This document shows positions 12,301 to 19,655 of a stretch of DNA of 64,000 nucleotides, in pieces. Under the pieces are notes generated by a model. The model was given only the letters and a program-made list of their open reading frames with translations. It did not search any database and was not told the DNA's origin. Location of the stretch: the NCBI GenBank assembly GCA_000091205.1, contig AP006501.2. One strand, given 5' to 3'. Position numbers and translations under genes: made by a program. Within the stretch, counting starts at the first letter, position 1, and the number at the start of each line of letters is the position of its first letter. The DNA is from Cyanidioschyzon merolae. Its lineage: Eukaryota.

Positions 12301-12696
12301 CTGCGGGTGGATCCCTCGGTCGTTGAGCTGGAGTTCCAGTTTCGAGTTGGAGCCTACATTGAGCCCCATCTCAAGCGCGGATATAAGCGCAGCATCGAAG
12401 CCTGGGCGCAACGCTCCGGGAATGACGGATGGCAACCCGACTTGTGGGTATTCCCCAAGAAGAAGAGGATGTTCGGCCTTGGAAGCGGGCCGCAAGAAGA
12501 GAACGACATTGTGCTGGATACAGGTGAAGATGAAATCAAAGAAGATGAAAGCACGAGCAAGGTTCATGAAATGATCGAAGCGGAAGCGGCACTTGAGGAG
12601 AATATGGACGTTCTCGCCAATGAAGGAGAAATTCGAAACCTTGTGCGCGGCATGACTTGGCGTGTGCTTTCTCAGGGCTGGTTGTCATCGTCCTGA
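9304..12696 (+). CDS. multi-pass membrane protein fused to C-terminal class-3 (fungal-type) lipase domain
   Basis: 1130 aa ORF. Residues ~235-560 contain about 8 predicted TM helices (e.g. FVVITLWGLIFVAVALVIAVIIY, LNWLIFLGPKLVLVCTLLALSFVLFFV). The C-terminal part has the lipase_3 signature VLISGHSLGGALANLAALHL with flanking Asp/His-containing segments. The only Met candidates before TM1 are at 9304 and 9343. Confidence 0.75.
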   Translation: MKSFPGLVRESSFMVAVGKFLVRKIRSFFGAVDRALFFITCWISVNPVRETSLSEQDELVDGGNLFLTRLESGLEPKLRHSSVQKIRGDEALAGGIAPGHDVSTKGTCSGPHDLPQKPSDAARFPTFRAAQKATKDGRGPSLDKHPVVDGRSSPAAHGARPKHARTPTRKVWRQHRFRRVDADAVDDAYPRNKAPAAPSETFSRTDTKQWIREIRDIYASRISFPRHKYEVFRPSQLNFVVITLWGLIFVAVALVIAVIIYTRAVNSDYFLYSTTFLYVATIGSMTESAISLLLYLFFYARVALVPARERTRIQYVIAAMTLVLFWQTEPLTALLRLADKGRLTTRVPRVVVAFQLVGNSAFYIGTIGFMLVVCHLYRIRETLPLNWLIFLGPKLVLVCTLLALSFVLFFVGRVMPSRLPLLSLIALARAGRATGLWARKALSIVAVLTLCELYALVAVLYEIRRTWRCLNTEPYTTSRARQLGFRLFLYTTGLAYFVLWILLILIVSICPMSFSIAYYYIMLSYDRLPSFYTDNSRVERFLASVYFNPLFSSSLYFILNSITIAIMICNVLIYLPPETPALFAKIVCCLATSRKDVLSNYLCCRDEPRPFFRWGPRQTSHGTVDAPPSIASLPTGQGVTRCDAYPVSCPIEAQVQAPNIMAPVGSSKPVAGTSLDTLTTNDATMASTNENQLHRAQAGLWKPNGDTPSRDSGTAGALATRIPVLRRYVFSVETMVEQFNLSWLAYVLDPARCSGRFIQSQRFWRDSLELFYDAATDTLGYILEADDRIVLSFRGTRSRRNLQTDMQTRLVPLRFPNGDMDHALYQYLLRCGKYYNRKDARWSPVMHISDTALRLERYLRFRARSDRPRVHEGFLASYLTLCEALERALTQRYQRNPRPVLISGHSLGGALANLAALHLAIHLQLGQDSLMLTTFGSPRVGDLHFARLLDYLVPIHFRVTNAADVVARLPFTGLGGWFACGGAAYAHAGVQVLLNKHGLLRVDPSVVELEFQFRVGAYIEPHLKRGYKRSIEAWAQRSGNDGWQPDLWVFPKKKRMFGLGSGPQEENDIVLDTGEDEIKEDESTSKVHEMIEAEAALEENMDVLANEGEIRNLVRGMTWRVLSQGWLSSS

Positions 12697-13859
12697 TCAC
12701 CGGGAATGCAAGCATGATCCCGAGTGCGCCTGGCTTCTTGTGGACCGTACGCTTGAACCCGGATATGCCGCCCACGATGCCTGTTGTCAGTTCGCACCTG
12801 GAGGTTGGCCTCTGCCGACATTCGGCTTGACACGCAAGCACAAGAACGAAAGGCATGCGCGCTGGTGTGAACAGTGTTACTGGCGTCCTTGACGACAACA
12901 ATATTCGCTGTGCTCACCACGGGCCGTCACCGGCGCTCGCGCTCACACAGCGAACATCCTTGAGCGTGCAACGCAGCGTTGCTGTACACACACCGGCGTG
13001 CTGCGAGCAGGCGGCTGGAGACAAGTCCGCGCGTCAACGATTTCAGCAGGTCATACCTTCTAAAGCACTTGTTTGCACGCGTTTCCCAAGTGACGCATCA
13101 TGCCCAGAGACTCCAGTTGTATCGGTGTTCCTTCGACAACGAGGATTGCGTTCAGATGTTAGCGAAGCGCATAGGGTCTGCTTCGGATGCGCAGCGCCGC
13201 ATTCCCCCGTTTGGGGATCGCTCGAGTCCAGCGGCCTTTTCTCACATGGGACAACGCGTACTCCCCGAGTTCACGAGGCCACGCTCCACCCTAATCGCTC
13301 AGCGTCGCAGTCGAGTCCCCGTTCGAGCCGGTATCCTGTATGCTTTCGCCTGTGAACGGCGACTACAGGCTGCGACTTTGATGCCGTCCGCACCAGCCAG
13401 CACGAGCAGCGACCACAAATCACTTCGCCCGACGCTGACTTGCGCCTAGCCACGAACGATATCGACGAGGCACGTGTCAGTACTGGACGGAAACCCGCAG
13501 ATGACGCCTCCTGTGAGGTATGCGCCGCTTGATGACAGTGATCGCGTGGAGATGTCCTCAACGACGCTGCAACGATCGCGGCAATGCGTCGCTGCCCATT
13601 CAGCGCACACACCGCGTGATCAACGTAAAACGGCTACGCATTCGGACGATGCCTGTACATGCCAACGAACGAGACTGGCATCCTAAACGATATGTCTGGG
13701 GGAGCTTGCGCTCGTGCAGGCGTCTGACGCCGTGCTCAGCGTCTGCCGGGTGCGCCTATAACTCCATACGGCATGCGTCGCTTTCAGTGCACAAGACCGC
13801 GTCATTGTAACAACAAGCTCCAGTGCGAGTGCAGAATACATGCAGGTCCATGGATGCTC

Positions 13860-14615
13860 CTAGGGTTTTAGCATGGATAGATTGCCTTCGAGCGAGGCCA
13901 ATTCGAGCTGCATAGACTTTGGCAACAGATCGCGCGGACGGTGCTGTTGTCGATCTAGCAGCTGCCAAGCCTCTTCGTCTGCATAGGAGACTAGGAGCTG
14001 CAGCACGGGCATTCTTGCTTCCGAACACGCGACATGGAGCACATTCTGGCCTGTTTTCTCGTTGACGTTCGAGATGCGGGCTCCGAGCTCCAGCAGCAGC
14101 TGAACTGCTTCCAGGTGCCCGGCACTCGTCGCCCGCATAAGCGCAGTGTTTCCGTACGTATCCGTTTTTTCGAGGTCAACCGGGACACCACTCGAAAGCA
14201 ACTCCTTCAAAGTGTCCAGGTTGCCCTTCGATGCCGCGAGCAGCACAGGCGTTGCGCCTGTGTGCGTCTCTGCGAGTAGCGCTGCGGATAACTGGCGACG
14301 TCCAGCCAGCGCTTGCAGCAGCGCTCGCACGACAGCTACGCCCTCGGGTCCGGAAACCGTAGAAGCGATATGAAGCGCACTCCAGCCAGCGTCGTCTTGC
14401 AGCAGAGCATCTGCCCCGTGGCTTAAAAGCAGTGGAACGAGTCTTCGTCTCAGGGCAGCGGCCCAGTGCAACGCTGTTCTACCTTCGGTGTCGCGGTCGT
14501 TGACGCTTTCCGGTGACGTTTCCAAAACGTTTTCCAGACCCGCAGTGTCGTCCCTGTTCAGCGCATCAAATATTGCTGGCAAACCTTTCGTATTCACCCA
14601 GATCGGATTTGACAT
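13860..14615 (-). CDS. ankyrin-repeat protein, gankyrin/26S proteasome non-ATPase regulatory subunit 10-like
   Basis: 251 aa with 6-7 ankyrin repeats (TALHWAA, GWSALHIAS, NTALMRATSAGHLEAVQLLLELGA, NVLHVAC). Repeat order and spacing resemble gankyrin (DQDSRTALHWA...DDAGWSPLHIAAS...). Confidence 0.7.
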   Translation of the reverse strand: MSNPIWVNTKGLPAIFDALNRDDTAGLENVLETSPESVNDRDTEGRTALHWAAALRRRLVPLLLSHGADALLQDDAGWSALHIASTVSGPEGVAVVRALLQALAGRRQLSAALLAETHTGATPVLLAASKGNLDTLKELLSSGVPVDLEKTDTYGNTALMRATSAGHLEAVQLLLELGARISNVNEKTGQNVLHVACSEARMPVLQLLVSYADEEAWQLLDRQQHRPRDLLPKSMQLELASLEGNLSMLKP

Positions 14616-14828
14616 GAAAAGGTTCCGCGGGCAACGTTTATCACATCAGTTTGACCCAAGTGCCTCGCTCTCGCTACGAAACGCAGTCCCGGATGCAGCG
14701 TCGACCGTACAGAACGCGACCACTGCACTGGAAGCGCAGACGCTGCGCTTCGTGGAGTACGTCTTATAGTGCGTGTAGCTGCTGGGGTGTCCAGTGCGGG
14801 CGGACAACACACGCCTATGTCATAGACT

Positions 14829-16775
14829 GTGATGGAAAACTCGAAGCTGGATGATACGAACGAAGCCGTGGAAGATGAAGCGCAGCGTCCGCGAGCAGCG
14901 GTCGTTGACCCGACGCTTCAAGGAGCACTGGAGCGGCATCGCAGACTCGCCGCTGGGATGCATAGTCTGTCTGAACTCTTTCTAAAAGCACGAGTTGTGG
15001 TTCAGAGAGCGCTGGAGTCCGATGTTCTGATGAAAGAGTGTCCGCAGCTGGGCGTAACCGCCACGCGGTACGACGCACCTGGACAGGCTGGAGGTGCACC
15101 TGCCGCGGCCCCAGCTGCTGTGGCTACCGCTGACGGCCTGGGTCCGACAAACGTGGTTCACGTTACGATTTCAGAACGGGAACCTGATCCCAGCTGCACA
15201 ACACCAGGTCTAACGGGAACTCCCGACCAAAACGGAGACCGTCTAAGGCACGACGCTCGGGCGGAAGCGCAGGCCCCGGTCGTGGTGTGCTCTCGGGGTA
15301 TCACCTTGAACTTGGTGCTTGCTGCGCTGGAGGCACAGGAAAAGCCCCCCCTGAGCTTCGCCCTGGGGGTGCTCGGCTGGGACTTGCAGCAGACCCCTGA
15401 CTTTGGAGACAAACCCAACGAGCTTGTGGACCTGCAACTCGTGTTAGCGGGTCGTCGCTGTCTCGCTGAACAGTGCGCGAAGCTGTTGCGCGGGGCTGGA
15501 CTCGTTGCCGAACACACCAACGGGGATGTATGTCAAGTTGCCAGCATGCTGGAGTTGCGCATCGATCTTCCGCTAGGTAGCCTGCGTTTTACCGATGGAC
15601 CGGTCATGGACTGGGAAGCATGGTGCGGGGCGCTGCCTCTGGACCGGTGTTTCCGATGGCAGTCATCGCAAACGGCTCTGCAAAGCGCGGCAACTGCTGC
15701 GAGGGAGTCGAGTCGGTCTGATCAGCAGTTGGAGCAGAGCGAGACGAGTCCGAAGGCTCCGTTGTCGCCACAGCGTTCCGCAGACGGACGCCAAGCGAAA
15801 CGTGGACTCGATGAGACGCACGTCTTCCCTATGACCGATACCGCTGCACTAGCACCTGAAAAGCAGCAGCGATCAGCGCGTCGATATCGTTCCTCGCAGG
15901 GAGCCGCAAGTTCGCCACATAAATCGGCGCCGAAACAAGCTGTTGAGACCTTGCGGAAACGCGGTCGCTCGAGAGCATCACCGGTCGCAGCAGCGGATCC
16001 TAACCACGACGAAAGCACCCGATCCGCACATCAGTCAGAAGTTCCTGAACTCGTCCACAAGGCATTCCCGTCAAGCGATGAACATGCATCCTGGCGAGAA
16101 ACAGCCCGAGTCTGGCTCAACGAGCTCCTGCATGACCCTACCTGGGAGCCGTTCTGGGCACCTGTATCCAAAGAGGAGGTACCTGATTATTACGAATATA
16201 TTCGGAAACCCATGGATTTAACGACTATGAGGCAACGACTCGAAAGCGGACAATATCCATCTTTGGAAAAGTTTATGGAAGATGCGAATCTAGTCTGGCG
16301 CAACGCAGTCTCTTACAACCGTCCGCGGAGCGCTGTTTGGCACACAGCGAAGCAGTTCAAAAAAGTTGTCGCAACACAGCTTGCGTCGATGAAGGAGTCT
16401 GCTTTGACGCAGACGACTCGCAAAGCGCGTTCCGCACACTCGCTAAGAACACATGCGGTGCAGCAGGGGCCACCCGGCTCAGGTGCCAGCGGAGGCATTC
16501 ATCATCAGAACATGCCCCGCAAGTTTCGTGGCGATCGACACCCATCCACGGTAGAGGCGGAAGCGCCGGCTCTCAGCAGCAGCCCCGTTCATGGTGAGAG
16601 ACGCCCTAGGTCTGCTCGAAAATCCTCCGCAACGCAAGCGGATCCTGAGCCAGCTGCGCCCACGGGCACAACTGCTCGCCCGGAAGCAGGTACGCGGAAG
16701 CGTTCACCGGACACATCTCGTACGGAGCGGCATACGATGGCGACGCGTCAGGATCGGCGCCTTCGCAAGCGATGA
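14829..16775 (+). CDS. bromodomain-containing protein
   Basis: 648 aa. It has a clear bromodomain WEPFWAPVSKEEVPDYYEYIRKPMDLTTMRQRLESGQYPSLEKFMEDANLVWRNAVSYNRPRSAVWHTAKQF (conserved Y...N acetyl-lysine pocket). The rest is low-complexity. Divergent from the gankyrin gene with a ~210 bp shared 5' region. Confidence 0.72.
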   Translation: MMENSKLDDTNEAVEDEAQRPRAAVVDPTLQGALERHRRLAAGMHSLSELFLKARVVVQRALESDVLMKECPQLGVTATRYDAPGQAGGAPAAAPAAVATADGLGPTNVVHVTISEREPDPSCTTPGLTGTPDQNGDRLRHDARAEAQAPVVVCSRGITLNLVLAALEAQEKPPLSFALGVLGWDLQQTPDFGDKPNELVDLQLVLAGRRCLAEQCAKLLRGAGLVAEHTNGDVCQVASMLELRIDLPLGSLRFTDGPVMDWEAWCGALPLDRCFRWQSSQTALQSAATAARESSRSDQQLEQSETSPKAPLSPQRSADGRQAKRGLDETHVFPMTDTAALAPEKQQRSARRYRSSQGAASSPHKSAPKQAVETLRKRGRSRASPVAAADPNHDESTRSAHQSEVPELVHKAFPSSDEHASWRETARVWLNELLHDPTWEPFWAPVSKEEVPDYYEYIRKPMDLTTMRQRLESGQYPSLEKFMEDANLVWRNAVSYNRPRSAVWHTAKQFKKVVATQLASMKESALTQTTRKARSAHSLRTHAVQQGPPGSGASGGIHHQNMPRKFRGDRHPSTVEAEAPALSSSPVHGERRPRSARKSSATQADPEPAAPTGTTARPEAGTRKRSPDTSRTERHTMATRQDRRLRKR

Positions 16776-16928
16776 GCATTGCAGCATGACCAGTGAATGG
16801 ACGCTCGAGGCCAGTCGCGTATCGCTGCGCTTTGTGTGGCGGTCCATGAAAGCATACTTTACGGCACGCTGGCGAGGCGGTATTTCACCTGACAAGTCGG
16901 AGCTCACGGCAACGCCGGGCCGTACACC

Positions 16929-17633
16929 TCACAGACCGTACTGGGAGGCATGGTTCACTTCGACACGCGAACGGGAATCCGTCGCTAGTGGACGCGCCTC
17001 GTAGACCGCAGCCACTGGTGCTCTCCGATAGCCAGTGGCCTTGCCGTAAAAGCCGATGTGCTCAATCGCGGTGCTCCCGTCGTCCCCGCTGAGGTTCCCC
17101 GGGAAGAACAACGTCACACGCTGAACATTCTGGAACTTTGCTGGTCGTGTTGCGTAAAGTGGTTCCACCTCTGGTCGATGGGGTCCAGCCAATTCCCAGC
17201 TCTGAGTGCACGCCATCTGCTCGACCGTTGCAAAGTCCACATCGTCTCGATTCACGTAAGCGCGCATGGTGGCGGGCCAGCGAGCCTCCTCCGCGGCTGG
17301 TCCAGTGACACCGATGTGTGTGATCTTGACCGTCACCGAAAACGGCACGACGATAATCAGCTGCTGGTCGGCAACGCTACGGCAGAGGTAGGTCTCACCT
17401 GGTCTGCGCTGGTGGTACGGAACGAGAGCGCGCGAAGCAGCACCGCCGTCGTTTAGCGCCGTCACCCGGCTCAAGTCTATATAAGGGTAGAGGTTCGACT
17501 GCTGAAGCAGTGAACGCGCTTCCTCCTCCGTCGGGGGCGGCGGAGCGTGACCATCGGTACCGTGCGTGCTGCAGCCGCACCCACTGTGTCCTTCTGCCCC
17601 GTGATGTTGGTGGAAGTGACCGTCGTCGGCCAT
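16929..17633 (-). CDS. PITHD1: PITH domain-containing protein (PITHD1-like)
   Basis: 234 aa. The His/Cys-rich N-terminus (HFHQHHGAEGHSGCGCSTHG) and the central/C-terminal regions (LYPYIDLSRV...FNVPFSV.VKI, ...LFFPGNLSGDDGSTAIEHIGFYG) align over the full length with human PITHD1 (HGHSHGGGGCRC...LYLRIDLERLQ...FNIPFTGNVKL...VFYIGLRG). Confidence 0.78.
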   Translation of the reverse strand: MADDGHFHQHHGAEGHSGCGCSTHGTDGHAPPPPTEEEARSLLQQSNLYPYIDLSRVTALNDGGAASRALVPYHQRRPGETYLCRSVADQQLIIVVPFSVTVKITHIGVTGPAAEEARWPATMRAYVNRDDVDFATVEQMACTQSWELAGPHRPEVEPLYATRPAKFQNVQRVTLFFPGNLSGDDGSTAIEHIGFYGKATGYRRAPVAAVYEARPLATDSRSRVEVNHASQYGL

Positions 17634-17821
17634 TAGTGGACCAAAGTACCTGAAGTTATGCCGCGTACCTAACGCTTTGCATTCGCCGGCTTGAACGCAA
17701 CACTGAACAGCTGTTTCAACCCTGCTCTTTTGAATGCAGGCAAGGGAAACAACCAGTCAACAAGCTAGCGTCTTCAGACTCGGTTACGCTCTCCGACACC
17801 AGCACCGACAGCTTCGCGAAG

Positions 17822-17866
17822 CACCAGCACTTGCACCAGCACTTGCACCAGCACTTGCACCAGCCA
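17822..17866. repeat. 12-nt microsatellite (cagcacttgcac)x3-4
   Basis: Direct read: gcaccagcacttgcaccagcacttgcaccagcacttgcaccagcc. Confidence 0.85.
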
Positions 17867-18430
17867 AGGAGGAGCTGCAGCTGCGACTGTGTCTCTCAGC
17901 ATCTAGTTCTGTCTCATAGTATTTCACATTGTCTCATCGTACACCATACGCGCATGCGCGATTGCTATCGATTGCAAGCAAAGCGGCGAGTACGCCTCGC
18001 GCTCACGAAAGCGCTGCAATCGATGGAGCTCGGAACATGATTCTCGTTGGGAATGTTGACCGATAAATCGTTTGCACGGGCGCCGCAACATCGATATATG
18101 ATAAAAAGGTGGCGAGTTGACGCAACGCATCTGCCGATTCTTGCTTATCCGTGTGCCGATGAATACAGCGGACGGCTCGACGAGCCCCTGACACCAGAAG
18201 TCTATCGCAGACTAAAGGCGTCCGCCGCACCCAGCTCTGCTGAACGGAAACTCATGAACAGCTTGACTGTCTCTGCAACCAACGCGAAAGCCGACTCTGC
18301 CGAGTCAACTGCTCTGGCAGGTCATTGAAGAATAATACCCGCATGCAGCTGTGCGCTCACAAGAATCGTAGCGCCCAACGTTGAAACCATCCAACGCACG
18401 CGACGCTGTACGGGATATTGGCGTAGCGCG

Positions 18431-18670
18431 CGCATCCCAAGTGACATGTGCACTGGCGAAACGCGTGCACTAGCCATGTGTCCCTTTGGACAGCGCGTTA
18501 CGTCGCAGGCTGATGGCGATCTGCAAGGCACAGACGCCACATGACACCAGCGCATCCCAAGTGACATGTGCACTGGCGAAACGCGTGCACTAGCCATGTG
18601 TCCCTTTGGACAGCGCGTTACGTCGCAGGTTGATGACGATCTGCAAGGCACAGACGCCACCTGACACCAG
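18431..18670. repeat. tandem duplication, 2 x 120 bp
   Basis: cgcatcccaagtgacatgtgcactggcgaaacgcgtgcactagccatgtgtccctttggacagcgcgttacgtcgcagg... is repeated head-to-tail with 3-4 mismatches. It generates the duplicated peptide in track ORF 18322..18660(-). Confidence 0.9.
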
Positions 18671-19655
18671 CGCTCGCGACAGCTGCACGCTTCTGCGCAT
18701 GCCCGGCGACTGCGCTGCTCAACTTGACCTGCTTCGCAGTTGCGCGGATGGGGCGAGCAGACGGCTATCGCGGCGGCGGTTCACGCTTATATGCATGCAA
18801 GCTCGTATGCAATCCGTATCCGAACCATGAGTCGCTCACCAGTGAAGCGCTGAGACGTCAGTCCCAGAGACCATCCAGCGTCATTGGATCTCCGCAATCG
18901 CCTTAGGCTGCTTTCCAAACGTAGGGATCGACGCGAGGTTCTTGATCTGCGCCAAAACGTTGAGAGTGAGCTTTCACCGTTGCAGCGCACGGTGACTACG
19001 TGAGCTGGCGAGTCTGCCCTACACTGGTCAGCAGCGAACGCAGACAATATGCGTACCTAGGACACTGCTCGTGAAATTGGACGATTCAGAGTCTGCGGCA
19101 TCTCTTGAAACTGGCTTTGACGTTCTACGGTTGATGCAAGAGACGCTGGCGCCCTGTATGTTGCGCGTATGTGCCATGTCGCGTGCACTCGCCGCAGGCT
19201 TCTCCAGTGCTGCACCGTGAATACTAGCAGGTTATTCTGGAAAGCCATACGCATATTGCAGTCATCGTTGCGGCATCGGGCACCCTTAACGTACATATGA
19301 TTCCAGCGTAGTTCACGACGAGTGCATATCGAGCTGGATGCTAGGCTGCGGTACGCGCAGGAGAGCGCAAACGAGGCTATCAGGGGCGCTTCCAGCGCAG
19401 ATGCAGCGTATTGGGATTAAAATGTACAAGTATGGACATAGCACCCAACCGTTTGAATTTTCAAAGCGCTTCATCACAGCGGCGCGCGCGCCTTGCAAGC
19501 GGCGCTCCTGTGCGATACGGAACAGCTCCGCAGGCTTTACAGCGTCTGCGACACCGTGAAACCAAAATACCCACAAATTCGTCACTTTTTTCTACCTCTG
19601 ATTTAATTATCAGGCGTGTGCACCACAGAAACTCGGACGCACGTACGGGAGGCCG

